NCBI RefSeq assembly: GCF_009914755.1
Contig: NC_060928.1
Strand: one strand, 5' to 3'
Length of the DNA: 64,000 nucleotides
From: the human T2T-CHM13v2.0 reference genome, Homo sapiens
The position numbers and the translations under genes are program-made. The stretch's first letter is position 1. The number at the start of each line of letters is the position of its first letter. Of the stretch, positions 14,471-28,089 are shown in pieces. The notes under the pieces were generated by a model. The model saw nothing but the letters and a program-made list of their open reading frames with translations, did no database searches and was not told the DNA's origin.

Positions 14471-15549
14471 TTCTATGTCAGTTCACCCATGACTTTATCT
14501 TTGTGGTCTCCCTTTCCTGGACCCTCCCTCCCATCCATCTGACTGGTTCCATTCCGTGCCTTTGCAGGCACCTCTCAAGCCTGCTCCTCTTCCTCCACAC
14601 TCCACAGCAGGCTTGGATTAGGAACCTCTACTCTCTGATCTCATGTTCCCAGGTATCTGTTGGTATCTGCACTAAATTTAGATATATTACATAAAACCCT
14701 CACGTGATTTTCCAGATTCAGTTGGGCTTTGTTTCTCCCAATTACTTTAACCAATGAACATGCAGGCATTGCGTGAAAACCATGTCTGTTGACTTATAAA
14801 TATTGACACGAATAGATGACAGGTAGTTAGGAAGTGTTTACACAGCCTTCGTGTAATTTCTAGGCATCTATTACTCCATCTCTTTTTCAGTTCAGTGAAT
14901 TATTTTGAATATAGCACCTGTGCTCCTTCTGATTCTCACAGAATTAGAACAGAAACTTCTGACATAATTTTACTTCTGCCTTTCAAAACCTGATATTAGT
15001 GGTGAGCAACCATGTGTTTTTCTTTAAAGAGTTCTATCATTGGGCCCATAAAATGCTGTATCTGAGAAGAATGAAATTCTTAATTGTGTTTGTGGTGAGA
15101 TATATGAATAAATAAATAGAATGCATTAATATTTTATTAATAGTTATGGCTATCTTCTAGAATGGTGTGTGCTATGCCAAGTGCAGCTGGTTGTATTTTA
15201 AGTATCTTTTTATATGTCTGTTTCCCACACTTAGTTCCAGGCTAATTGCCTGATTCAGATTGTGTGGCCAGAACCCAGCACAGTATCTGGCACATGATAA
15301 AAACTCAATACTTTTTGAATGAAACATTTATGTAGTCCTAAATTCTCTGTGGAACCTTGGCTAGCTTTCACCACTTTCCCTAATATTCCTTAAAAAAAAA
15401 GTCAGTTCACGCTTAAATTCTAGTCATACTATATCACGAAAAGAGGTTTGCCCCCTATAACTTCTACTCATTGCCTATATCTGCCCTCTAATATTAAAAC
15501 AGACCAACCGTGACCTCTACTTTAGATCTTTTAAAACCATGATTGCATC

Positions 15550-15795
15550 TCTGCCAAATCTGCATTCCTCCAAGCTAACATTTACTTGTTCTTCAATCAT
15601 TTTCAGACACTATCATCAGGGCTTAACTCCTCTAAGTAAACCCTCCAGGTGGTCAATCTCCCACTGAAGATGTGCCATCCAAACTGCACACAGCATTGCC
15701 CAGAACATCTGGCCAGATCACAGTTTAGTGAGGTTGTCACCTCCTTTGACGTTGATGGCATACCTTTGTTAATGAGGCCCAAGTGTGTTACTATT
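15550..15795 (-). mobile_element. L3/CR1 fragment
   Basis: 'gtcaatctcccactgaagatgtgccatccaaactgcacacagcat...gtcacctcctttgacgttgatggcatacctttgttaatgaggccc' resembles antisense L3. Confidence 0.5.
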
Positions 15796-15859
15796 ACTAA
15801 TAGCTAAAACTATAATCATGATGACTCCACACCAACTCTTTCTCTGTTCCCTGTTTAAG

Positions 15860-17020
15860 AAGATGCATCCCTCCTATTCTTGAAAATTTAGGGTTAATTC
15901 CTCCCACTTGGACTCCTAATCCTGTCTCACTGTGCCTTTTTGAGGATCTTACACCATCACCTATAACCCCTCTTACTTTCAATGTAATCTCTCTCTTAAC
16001 TACAGTTGCTTCCTGGTAGCTTCAAACATGCTTGATATGGTTTGGCTGTGTCCCCACCCAAATCTTATCTTGAACTGTAGCTCCCATAATCCCAACCTGT
16101 CATGGGAGGGACCCTGTGGGAGGTAATTGAATAATGGGGGTGGGTGTTTCCCATGTTGTTCTCATGACAGTGAATAAGTCTCATGAGATCTGATGGTTTT
16201 ATAAAGGGCAGTTCTCCTGCACATGCTCTCTTGCCTGCTGTCATGTAAGATGTGCCTTTGCTCCTCCTTCACCTTCTGCCATGATTGTGAGGCCTCCCCA
16301 GCCATGTGGAACTGTGAGTCCATTAAACCTCTTTTTCTTTATAAATTACCCAGTCTTGGATATGTCCTCATAGCAGTGTGAGAATGAACTAACACAGTGC
16401 TCAAGTTCCTCTCATCTTAAAAACTACATATCAACCCTCAATATTGTGTTTCCACCCTCTCCACTTCTCTCACAGTCTCATACCAAGGTCATGAATAACT
16501 TTACTTTTACCAAATCCAAAGCCTTCAGTTTTTACTTATTTGCTCCATTCGACACTATTCACAACTCCTCCTCTTTAAAACATTTTCTTTTCCCAGGTCC
16601 TGTGACATTTCTCCTTCTGGTTTTTCTTCTATCTCTGGCCACACATTCCCATCTTCCAGTATGGGTTGCTCTTCATTCACCCTTCAAATGTCTCCATCTC
16701 TCAGGCCTGTATCTTCAGCCTCTTCTCTTCTCACCTACGTATTCTCTCTGAAATTTGCCATCACCTTTCATGATTTCAATTACCATGGAAAACAGAATGT
16801 CTCTTTCAAATTCTACTTCCATTGCAAACTTTTCTCCTAAGCTTCAGAGTTAAAGGAGAAAGTGAAAGTGTACTCCCTACTCATCATTTGCGAGTAGGAC
16901 TATCCCTACTGGTGGATATTCCACACATCTCTCAAACTCAACATTGGCAAACTGAACTCCACATTCTCTGCTTCTCCCTCCTCCACGTGTCCTTCTTACC
17001 TCTCTGAATGCCAAGATCAA
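15860..17020 (+). mobile_element. L2 fragment, interrupted by a THE1 LTR
   Basis: Pyrimidine-rich L2 motifs 'ccaaggtcatgaataacttt...accaaatccaa', 'tctggtttttcttctatctctggcc', 'catctctcaaactcaacat'. Confidence 0.6.
16033..16396 (+). mobile_element. THE1C-like solo LTR
   Basis: tgatatggtttggctgtgtcccc...gaactaacaca; 5-bp TSD atgct/gtgct. Confidence 0.94.
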
Positions 17021-17307
17021 CCACCTGGTGTGCTGCAGGATGCACACAGGTGAGATGAGTTGTAGACAAATGAACTGATTTGTTGAGTGTGTGGAACTCA
17101 TGGCCATTAGGCAAGAGTTTTCTTTTTCCTACATCACTGCCGTCAACCGCTCCTGGTTAGGCCTCCCGTGCTTGCCCTTGGACCACATTTCATGGCATAC
17201 TGCATGTATTCCGAAAGACTTTTTAGTTAGAAGAGCAATCTCCTGGAGTTCTCTGTGATTCACTTTCACATATTTAAAAGTCTAGTCTTTTTAAAATCAA
17301 AACTTTA

Positions 17308-17615
17308 CCATTATCTGTAGCAAACTAACACAGGAACAGAAAACCAAATACCGCATGTTCTCACATTCAAGTGGGAGCTGAATGAAGAGAATGCATGGAT
17401 AAAGAGGGGAACAACACACATAGGACCTTTCAAAGGGTTGGGGGTGGGAGGAGGGAGAGGATCTGAAAAAACAACCTATGAGTAGTAGGCTTAATATCTG
17501 GGTGATAAAATAATTGGTACAACAAACCTCCATGACACAAGTTTATCTATGTAATAAACCTGTACTTGTACCCCTGAACTTAATATAAAAGTTAACAATT
17601 AAAATTTAAAAAATT
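17308..17615 (+). mobile_element. L1PA (13-16-like) 3' end, 5'-truncated
   Basis: 'caaactaacacaggaacagaaaaccaaataccgcatgttctcac', G-rich tract, 'gtacccctgaacttaa' and A-rich tail. Confidence 0.9.
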
Positions 17616-18804
17616 AAATGAAAACTCCAACTTCTCACTCAGTGTAAATCTTCTCCCTGCCCTGAATCATGCCTCACATCAAGCCTGACCTGTGGACCAG
17701 AGACCTATCCCCAGGGAGAGAGACAAGGCATGGTCTTCTCTTTTTTTATTTTGTCGGTCTCTTGCTCTGTGGCTTCTGTGTTTCACTCTCTTCATCTGGA
17801 AGAAGTGCCTTTAAGTCACAGAGTGACTCCAAGCCAGTAACTACCATGATTTGGCCTCCCTTTTTTTTTAAAAAATGAAGCAGTTGCAGGAAATTAAATC
17901 TAAGGGCCCTTCCAAATCTAATACTGCAAGATTCTAAGATTCTCTTTCTCTGGTGAATAACAATTCATTTGTCCACATTGCCTTGATTATTTTTGAATTC
18001 CTAGATTTCCTGCTCATCTAAAAGCTGAGTTTAAAAAACTGGGGCTGTATTAGGCATGTTTTTAAGTAAAAGCAATATATGAAGAGGCTGTGTTTCCAAA
18101 GAGTAACATCAGCAAAATGTCTTATTAACATTCTCATCTCTTCCAACGTGGCTGAGGCTAATGCAACATTTTTCATTTCATGTCACAAGTGGGCCATATA
18201 TATATTTTAAATCATGATCACACTTCAGGCAAGTAGGTCTACAGCCTTACAATGCCCAGTAAGTGCTTCATTTACCCCTGAAGTGATAATCCACAGTTGC
18301 ATCAAAACACTTTTTTTCAAATTTCTTGACTGTCATGTAATAGTCTAGTTGTTTTGAAACCATCCTCTAGTCTATAATATATGTATGCTTTTGGCTTACA
18401 AACATGAGAGTGATGTCGTTGATCAAACTTTTGTCAGCAGCTGTATGGTTTCAGATGAAACTCTTGCTATCTTGGTGTTTTCTCTAATACCTTAAATCAC
18501 AATTTTCTATGTTGGAACATAATTCACTCAAGGTGACAGCAATCACAAATTATAAAATTGTGTATTAATCTGTGTGGGAAATATTTTTAATGTAATTTTC
18601 ATGGGAATAATGTATGTACATAGTTTAAAAGCACAAATAACTGGTTCCCTATTCTATCTCTCCCTACAAATTTAAGACTTCCCTGTGGCAACATTTTTTT
18701 AAGTCTTCTAAGTATTTCTTCTGGTATTTAATGAAATATTTCTAAATAATATCTTATACCACTCATTCTTGATTGTTCGACTTCATACGTTACTTTTTCG
18801 CTTC

Positions 18805-19340
<536 letters not shown>

Positions 19341-19586
19341 AATTTTCTATTTTGAAAAAAGAGTATTTTACCCTTGTAAATAATCCCCACTAGCGTGTGC
19401 ATGCACACACACACACACATCAACTCACTTTGCATCCCTGTCCTCCTAACATAACTATTGTATCTCAATTTTGGTTAAATCAGTATTTGATGTTTACATT
19501 ACAAAATACTATTTACAAGTGGATCACATAATGTATTTCCTCCTTGCACATCAGGAGATGTATAGTATCTCCATCATATCTCTACT

Positions 19587-19937
19587 CGTATTGGTTAGCT
19601 ATTTCTTCAGTAAAGCTCAATTGCCTTAAAAGGTTACCATTAATTTCATGGATCTGCAGGCTTGACTCTGCACCATGTGTATCTCATTTTCCTCCCAGGA
19701 CCAGCCAGCTAGTGGGCTTTACATGGTGATTATAGAAGCAAGAGAAAGAAATAAGAAACACAAATCCCTTGAGACCTAGAATGAGAGCTGGCAACTCCTA
19801 CTTCAACCCGCATGCCATATGCCCAAGGAAGTCGCATGGGCAAGCTCAAAGCCAAGCTCCCCCACCATAAGAGTGTGCCAATGATGTGTCTGCAAAAAGG
19901 GGAGGAGAATTCGAGACAAATAATTTAATCTATCACA
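19587..19937 (-). mobile_element. MLT1 (H/I-like) LTR
   Basis: 'gtattggttagctatt' start, 'aggaccagccagctag', 'aggcttgactctgcaccatgtg', end 'aatttaatctatcaca'. Confidence 0.6.
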
Positions 19938-20380
19938 CCGAGAAGGTTCGATTCTGCTGCTCAATCCAATGGCTGCTCTTCAGGTCTGCTATGTACTGCT
20001 CATGATGAATTTTCCAATACTTACTAAGGAAATGTCTTCACATTCAACCTGTTTCCAGAATCCCATGTCTTCCTTTTCCAAAGATTACTCCCTTTTTTAT
20101 GGGTGCCTATATATCCTTGGCTGTCTTTCATATTTAAAACTGAAGTGAGAAATGCTATTGTCAGCTCTGTGGGTATTGAAGGTTTCACATGAGGGCACAG
20201 GGCAAAAGACTCAGCCCTTTGACAGGGGCACTCCCAAATGTCATTATTCATAAGTACTTTTCTCTTAAGTTATCAATTTACCTCAAAGAATAATTTTTCA
20301 AACTTTAATCTGGGGGAAGGTGATAGCTGGCAACATTTTCAAAGCTGAGATGGGAAAGTGTGATGTCTTCATTAAGTAAC

Positions 20381-20674
20381 TTATTATTTTTGAGACCAAT
20401 TCTCACTCTGTCACCCAGGCTGGAGTGCAATGGTGCCATCTCAGCTCACTGAAACCTCCACCTCCCAGGTTCAAGTGATTATCATGCCTCAGCCTCCCAA
20501 GTAGCTGGGATTATAGGTGCGTGCCACCACACTTGGCTAATTTATGTATTTTTTAGTAGAGATGGGGTTTCACCATGGTGGCTAGGCTGGTCTCGAATTC
20601 CTGGCCTCAAATGGTCCACCTGCCTCGGTCTCCCAAAGTGCTGGGATTACAAGTGTGAGCCACTGTGTATGGCC
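20381..20674 (-). mobile_element. Alu (S/J, Sz-like)
   Basis: Full dimer in antisense; degenerate TSD tcattaagtaactt / tcacttagtaactt. Confidence 0.95.
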
Positions 20675-20859
20675 TCACTTAGTAACTTCTAAAGGATGAT
20701 TTAGGGAAAGGAAAATGATTCCAGAAGGGAGGTCTAAGATGCAAAAAAAGAATAGTAGGTAGGCATATCTAAAATGTAAAGATGAAATACAATGGTAAAT
20801 AGTTTTCGGCAATGCCCCAGTTCTTCTATTCTTAAGTATACAACCTAGATGACATGAAT

Positions 20860-21226
20860 CGATATGGTTTGGCTGTGTGCCCCCCGATATCTCATCTTGA
20901 ATTGTAATCCCCATAATATCCACATGTCGAGGGAGAAACTGGGTGGGAGGTGATTAGATCATGGGGCTGTTCCCCCATGTTGTACTCATGATAGTGAGTG
21001 AGCTCTCACAAGATCTGATGCTTTTATAAGTGTTTGACAGTTCCTCCTTCACATGTTCACACTCTCTTGCCACCTTGTGAAGAAGGTGCCTGCTTCCCCT
21101 TTTGCCATGATTATAACTTTCCTGAGTCCTCCCTAGCCATGTGGAACTGTAAGTCAATTAAGCCTCTTTCTTTCATAAATTACCCAGTCTCTGGCAGTTC
21201 TTCATAGCAGTGTGAAAACTAATACA
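20860..21226 (+). mobile_element. THE1D/MSTA-type solo LTR
   Basis: (c)gatatggtttggctgtgt...actaataca; perfect TSD tgaat at 20855-20859 and 21227-21231. Confidence 0.92.
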
Positions 21227-21231
21227 TGAAT

Positions 21232-21767
21232 CCTCCCAAAAGCATTGTTCATAATAGAAAAACTGGAGAAACTACCTATTGGCAAGAAAATAGATAACAA
21301 ATCATGATCTCACTCAATGGAATATTATATAGCCATGGATAGGAATAAAATGCAGCTACAAAAAGCAATGTGTTTTCTGGAAAATATAATGTTGAGTTTT
21401 TTTAAAAAGCAAGTCCTAAAGCAGTATAACATTATTAAATATATCCACAAAGTTAGTTAACCTTTGTTAAAAATTTTTAAATTTAAAATGTTTCTATTGT
21501 TGCTGCAATCCAACAAATTTTTCTATTTTTCTATTGTTGCTGCAATTCAACAAATTTTTCTGTTTTTCTATTGTTGCTGCAATTCAACAAAGTTTTCAGA
21601 TAAAAACAAGTAACAAACAAAAAACATCAGAAGTGGTTCCCTCTGAGGAGGAAATAGAGGAGAAGAGGATAGAGAAAAAGTACGTAACAATTTACAGGTA
21701 ATGCAAAAGCCATACACTTGATGATGGGTATATGGATGTTCATCAATTGTCATGTTTTATAACATGG
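21232..21767 (+). mobile_element. Old L1ME 3' fragment (host of the LTR elements)
   Basis: 'agcattgttcataatagaaaaactgg', 'caatggaatattatatagcc', 'aataatgttgag...aagcaagtc'. Confidence 0.6.
21490..21597. repeat. 37-bp minisatellite, ~3 copies
   Basis: ctattgttgctgcaat(c/t)caacaaa at 21494, 21531 and 21568. Confidence 0.95.
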
Positions 21768-24331
21768 TGTATTATTCTGTTTTCATGATGCCAAAAAAGA
21801 CATATCTGAGACTGGGCAATTTACAAAAGAGGTTTAATGCACTTACAGTTTCACATGGCTGCGAAGGCCTCAGAATCATGGTGGAAGGCAATGAGGAGCA
21901 ATTAACATCTTATGTGCATGGCAGCAGGCAAAGAGAGAGCTTGTGCAGGGAACCCCCCATTTTTAAAACCCTCAGATCTTGTGAGACCCATTCACCATCA
22001 CAAGAATAGCACAGGAAAGACCTGTCCCCATAATTCAGTCATCTCCCACCAGGTCCCTCCCACAACATGTGGGAATTATGGGAGCCACCAGGTGAGATTT
22101 GGGTTAGGACACAGAGCCAAACCATATAATTCCACCCTTGGCCCCTCCCAAATCTCATATCTTTACATTTTAAAACCAATTATGCCTTCCCAACAGTCCC
22201 CAAAGTCTCAACTCATTTCAGCATTAACTCAAAAGTCCAGAGTTCAAAGTCTCATCTAAGACAAGGCAAGTCCCTTCTGCCTATAAACCTGTAAAATCAA
22301 AAACAAGTTAGTTACTTCCTAGATACAATAGGGGTACAGGAATTGGGTAAATACAGCAATTCCAAATGGGAGAAACTGACGAAAACAAAGGAGCTACAGG
22401 CCCCCAAGAAGGGACAGGCCCTGCAAGTCCAAACTCCAGCAGGGCAGTCAAATCTTAAAGCTCCAAAATGATCTCCTTGAATCCACGTCTCACATCCAGA
22501 TCACCCTGATGCAAGAGGAGGGTTCCCATGGTCCTGGGCAGCTCTATCCCTATGGCTTTGCAGGGTACAGCCTCCCTTCTGGCTGTCTTCAAGCCCTGGC
22601 ATTGAGTGTCTGTGGCTTTTCCAGGCACACGGTGCAAACTGTTGGTGGATCTACCATTCTGGGATCTGAAGGATGGTGGCCATCTTCTCACAGCTCTACT
22701 AGGCAGTGCCGCAGCAGGGACTCTGTGTGGGGGCTCTGACTCCACATTTCCCTTCTGTACTGCCCTAGCAAAGGTTCTCCATGAGGGCCCCACCCCTGCA
22801 GCAAACTTCTGCCTGGGCATTCACGTGTTTCCATACATCTTCTGAAATCTAGGTGGAGGTTCCCAAACCTCAATTCTTGACTTTTGTGCACTCACAGGCT
22901 CAACACTACAAGCTGACAAGGGTTGAGGCTTGCACCCTCCAAAGCCACAGCCTGAGCTCTGCATTGGCCCCTTTCAGCCACGGCTGGAGAGGCTAAGATG
23001 CAGGGCACCAAGTCCCTAGGCTGCACCCAACATGGGTACCCTGGGCCCGGCCCATGAAACCACTTTTTCCTCCTAGGCCTCCAGGCCTGTGATGGGAGGG
23101 GCTGCTGTGAAGACCTCTGACATGCCCTGGAGATATTTTCTCCATTGTCTTGGGGAAGAACATTTGGCTTCTCGTTACTTATGCATATGTCTGCAACGGG
23201 CTTGAATTTCTCCTCAGAAAATGGGATTTTTTTTTTCTATCACATTGTCAGGCTGCAAATCTTCTGAACTTTTATGCTCTGCTTCCCTTATAAAACTGAA
23301 TGCCTTTAACAGCACCAAAGTCTTGAATGCTTTGCTGCTTAGAAATTTCTTCCATCAGATACCCTAAATCATCTCTCTCAAGTTCAAACTTCCACAAATC
23401 TCTGAGACAGGGGCAAAATGCCACCACTCTCTTTGTTAAGAGATAACAAGAGTCACCTTTGCTGCAGTTCCCAACAAGTTCCACATTTCCATCTGAGACC
23501 ACCTCAGCCTGGACTTTGTTGTTCATATCACTATCAGCATTTTGGGCAAAGCCATTCAACAAGTTTCTAGAAAGTTTCAAAATTTCCCACATTTTTCTGT
23601 CTTTTTTTTTTTTGAGACAGAGTCTCGCTCTGTTGCCCAGGCTGGAGTGCAGTGGTGGTGTGATCTTGGCTCGTGGCAAGCTCCACCTCCCAAGTTCATG
23701 CCATTCTCCTGCCTCAGCCTCCCAAGTAGCTGGGACTACAGGCGCCCACCACCATGCCTGGCTAATTTTGTTGTATTTTTAGTAGAGACGGGGTTTCACT
23801 GTGTTAGCCAGGATGGTCTCAATCTCCTGACCTCATGATCCGCCTGCCTTGGCCTTCCAAAGTGCTGGGAGCCACCGCACCCGGCCTTTTCTGTCTTCTT
23901 CTAAGCCCTACAAATTGTTCCAACATCTGCCTGTTACCCATTTCTACTTCACTCTACTGGTATCAATTTTCTATATTAGTCCACTTTCATGCTACTGATA
24001 AAGACATACCTGAGACTGGGCAATTTACAAAAGAAAGAGGTTTAATGCACTTATGGTTCCACATGGCTGGGGAGGCCTCACAATCATGGCAGAAGGCAAG
24101 GAGGAGCAAGTCACATCTTATGTGGATGGCAGGAGGCAAAGAGAGAGCTTGTGCAGGGCAATTCCCATTTTTAAAACTATTGGATCTCATGAGACCCATT
24201 CACTATCACAACAACAGCACAGGATGCCTCCAATATTCAGTCATCTCCCACCAGGCCCCTCCCACAACATGTGGGAATTATGGGAGCTACAAGATGAGAT
24301 TTTGGTGGGGACACACAGCCAAACCATATCA
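21768..24331 (-). mobile_element. THE1 (A/B-like) provirus: LTR 21768-22129, internal 22130-23971, LTR 23972-24331
   Basis: Two similar LTRs flank THE1-int ('ttccacccttggcccctcccaaatctcat' to 'ctactggtatcaatttt'); TSD catgg/cttgg. Confidence 0.95.
23602..23886 (-). mobile_element. AluY inserted in THE1-int
   Basis: 'gcaagctccacc...ttcatgccattctcc' and 'gttagccaggatggtctcaatctcc'; TSD ttttctgtctt; lacks about 12 bp at 'gtgctggga|gccacc'. Confidence 0.95.
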
Positions 24332-24399
24332 CTTGGAAAAATTATTTTATATGTATCAAATATGTTGAATAGATTATAGAAAAGAAAAAGCAAGATAGG

Positions 24400-25005
24400 A
24401 ATAAAATACTAGAAAATAATAGCATGTTAAGCCAGAGGCAGGTTATCAGAACTGAGGTGTTTTTAGGTTCCTTGCAATGTTCTGAATGAGTGTGGAAATA
24501 TTGATAATTTGGGGCTTTAAGCTAGATAGGCATGTTAAAATTTTAAGGGTAACAAGGAGAGGAAAAAAACAGTAAAGAACTTTCAAATCAGAAGAAAATT
24601 AGGGGAAAGAAGCATAAAAAGAGAGAAAAAATTAAAAACACCAAGTAAAAGGTAAAAATAAAACTAAATACATCAGCAACCACAATGAATATAAATGGAT
24701 TTTTCACCAATTAAAAAACAGAGATGTTTAGATAAGACTTTAAAAAAATCTAGCCAAATGCTTATATGCAACACACTTAAAAGAACACAGAAAGGTAACA
24801 AGTACAGAAAACTATATATCAGGAAAATACCAAATGAAGGAAAGTTGGTTTTATGATATCAGAAAAATACTTCAAGTCCAAAAGCATTATTAGACTTGAA
24901 AAGGATCACTATATAGTGGCAATTTTTTAAAGTTTACTTCAAAAATGTAACAATTATAAACTACTTCAATATAATAACATAGTTTCAAAATATACCAGGG
25001 TAAAA
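24400..25005 (+). mobile_element. Old L1M, ORF2 5' (endonuclease) region
   Basis: 'atcagcaaccacaatgaatataaatgga...caccaattaaaaaacagagat' and 'atatcagaaaaatacttcaagtccaaaagcattattagac'. Confidence 0.6.
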
Positions 25006-25009
25006 ATCT

Positions 25010-25480
25010 ATGATAGACAACTAAGCTGCCTCCCATCTAACCTCCAGAGAAATGTGATTTCAATCCTAGACCCATTTACTTGGAATCTGTCTCCCTCCCC
25101 AACTTCACCCCACCACTCCCCACCCTGTGCTGTGCAGGCTGTGTTTCTGAGGTTCCCATGTCAGCCAGATTTTCACTGTGTTTGCCCAATGGGAAGCCAT
25201 TTTTCTCTTTCCATACCTAATGTTGCATCTCTAGCAACAGGGGCATCTCCACACTGGTTCCAAATTTTGCCTATTAATCCTCCCCTTGGTTCCAGTCATC
25301 CAAACTCCCCCTTTTGTTCCTAGAGCCTAGGAGCAGTCATCATTCCCTGTTAGTACCAATCTCTAGGTTTTCTCTGTTTTGTCTTTGACTTTTCAGCTCA
25401 TCCACCACCAGGATAACAGAGTGGATGAATTACGTTTCCCTTTTTTCAGTAACTAAGATTTACTCCTGTTTCTACTTGAA
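25010..25480 (+). mobile_element. LTR33-like ERVL LTR
   Basis: 'ttcccatgtcagccagattttcactgtgtttgcccaatgggaagcc' and 'cctaggagcagtcatcattccctgttagtaccaatctctagg'. Confidence 0.45.
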
Positions 25481-25483
25481 ACC

Positions 25484-26095
25484 TGTATTAGTTTTCCACA
25501 GTTTCAATAACAAATTACCACACATTTAGTGGCTTAAGACAATAAAAATCTATTACCTTACAGATGTGTAGGCCAAAAGTCTGGTGGATCTTTCTGGTTT
25601 CTGTGCTTCGAGTCTCATAAGGCCAAAATCAAGGTGTTGGCTAGGCTGCATTCCTTTCTGGAGACAAGAATTTGTGTACAGTGACATTCAGGTTACTAGC
25701 AGAATTTAGTTCCATGTGGTTGTAGGGCTAAGGTTCCTGATCCCTTGCTGGCCATCATCTGGGAACTGCTTTCAACTCCTAGATGCTGCCTGCCTTATGG
25801 CCTCCATCCTTCATCTTTAAAGCCAGGAAGTGTGTCAAGTCCTCATGATTCTGCATCTTTTCTATCTCTTCTGCCTCCTCCTCTTTTGCCATCTCTCTCT
25901 CATTGACTCTTTCGCCTTCCTCTTCTGACTTTACATGCCCATGCAATAATATTGGGCCTATTTGAATAATCCAGAATAATGTCCTGACTTCATGCCAGCT
26001 GATTAGCAACCTTAATTCCAACTGCAAAGTGTATTTTCCCATGCAACATCACATATTCACAAGCCTAATACCAGTGAGCAAAAATTACGGGAGAC
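25484..26095 (-). mobile_element. MLT1 (D/E-like) LTR
   Basis: 'tgtattagttttcc...aacaaattaccacacatttagtggcttaa', 'aaatcaaggtgttggctaggctgcattcc', 'gattagcaaccttaattcca'. Confidence 0.85.
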
Positions 26096-26319
26096 AAAAT
26101 TATTGTCTCCAATAATTTTGGAGACACTATATTGTTCCTAAGAATTTTTGGTTTCCTCCAGCTTGAGACTGACTTGACCTATAAGGGATGACTCCCAACA
26201 AGACCTGGTGTGAAAAGGAAAATTATTCTGAAGGTGTAGGCTTAGGCCTTGCATTGTTCTCCCAGTCCTCTGTGCTTACCCTCAGCACAGAGGGTAAGCT
26301 AAGTGATTAGGACTACATG

Positions 26320-26960
26320 CCTCCTTCCTTTTCTCATCAGCATTTTACATGTAGGAAGCAAAGGCTTAGAGAGACCAAGCCATTGCCTAAGGTCATTAAA
26401 TTAGTTAATGGCAAAGCAATGAAAATATTTTATATTCATTCATTCATTTATCTATCAAGTAACACTTGATAAGCTGCAGCATGCTGAATGCACTGGGGAA
26501 ACAAACATGAAATAAACCTCGTCCATCCACCTCGCAGAGATTCTTGTTTATCTAGGACACAAATGCAATAAACATGTTTGCATGCTTGATGCTGGTTCCT
26601 TGAAATTTCCCACACATTTTTACATAGAAATTTGATTTGCTCTAGGAACATCTGCTTTAGCTCAAATGCAGCTGTCAGAGTGGTGGGACCTGATTCAAAT
26701 CTAGGCTGTGTGTTCTCAGGCAATTTGCTCAGTAATAGTGCTTACCTAACAGGGTTTTTTGTGTGCAGGATTGAGTTGCTGCATGTAAATCATTTAAAAC
26801 TGGCGTGTAACAAGCATTTAACACATGATAGCTGTCATCATTATCATTATTATTTAACCTCCTTGAGCCTTCATTTTATTGTTTCTAAAGTGAGAATAAT
26901 AATCATCTCAAAGGGTGATTTAAGAATTAAATGACATAGTATATGTATATATAACATCCA
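26320..26960. mobile_element. Cluster of MIR and L2 fragments
   Basis: 'aggcttagagagaccaagccattgcctaaggtca' (MIR), 'attcattcattcatttatc...cacttgataagc' (L2), 'cctgattcaaatctaggct', 'tttaacctccttgagccttcatttt' (MIR). Confidence 0.6.
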
Positions 26961-28089
26961 GTTTGCACACGCCCTCACTCCCTCCTCAGCAACCTCACTA
27001 ACAAACTTATTAATTGTGTAGCTTATACCATTAAAAAGCACTTCAGGGAGGGTCTTTGGTGAAGAAGGTAAGCATCAGGCTGAGGATTTTAGGATTCTTT
27101 AATGGATCTCAAATTAGGCAAGGGGCTTGGCCTTCCAATCCTGTTTCCTCATTCATGAAGAACAGGTTGCTAAGATGTCAGATCTCAGAACCCAGAATTC
27201 TTCTGTTGCATTAGAAATGAAACCAGAATATAGTCTTCTTCTCCTGTTGAGTTTTCAGATTAACCAGAGAATTAAACCATTCTCTGGAAATGTAAACTTC
27301 CAAAATGCATTAGATTTGCACATCTCATTCAACACAAAGTTTTGGGAGTCAGTCTCCCTGCTCATCTAGTTCTCCTTTTGTTGATGTGGCTGGTCTTCCT
27401 GGGGAGCTCTTGGATAATCCAATAGATGAGACAAAGGGAGAAATCTTGCTGGTTAGGCTCATTCCCTTGTCCCCCATCACTTTTCAGGCTGGGCTTGGCT
27501 TCCCTATAGCTCAGTAGCCAGCATAGGAATCAGCTGCCCTCAAGTCCAATATTCACTACTAATTCAGGAATAACAAATAGCAACTCTTCATTCAAGAAAA
27601 TATCTAGGGTCACTTTTTGTCAATGGGGCTGTTACCCTTTGAAGGGGGTGGTGAACTGGCCGTCTCTGTGATGTGCATGTCTAGTGAATATCCATCTTTG
27701 TCCATATAACAAACATTAACTAAGAGTCTAGTTAACGGACCTGTGCCTACCAAGCCCTGGGTACTCAGGATGGGTCCATTCCTGGCCCACAAGATCCAAT
27801 CAGTGGCAGTACCTGGAAGGAAGAAGTTCCAACCTAGGAATGCATATCTCAGGGACTGGATATCCTGGCCTTATGTGTGACAGGAGGAGAAGCCAAGGAG
27901 GAAGAAGATGGCGGGTCTTGAGAGGGTGCAGTTCCAGCAGTTGTCCTGGGTGGATTTTTGCCACAGCCTTATGGGTTGTCCTTGACATAGTCACTGGTAT
28001 CACAGCCCCTCCACCCAGGTGCGTTACTTCTTGTCTGTGTTCCAGATTGTAATGCTAAAAATAATGCTCATACCTATAGGTTCATTTTT

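Noticed and set aside
17436-17460. G-quadruplex-like G-rich tract
   Set aside because: Standard feature of L1PA 3' UTRs.
21490-21597. 37-bp palindromic repeats resembling a CRISPR array
   Set aside because: Units are head-to-tail with no unique spacers, there are no cas genes, and the context is primate DNA.
21752-24379. Cluster of long ORFs up to 177 aa
   Set aside because: All lie within THE1 LTR/internal or Alu sequence; typical repeat-derived open frames.
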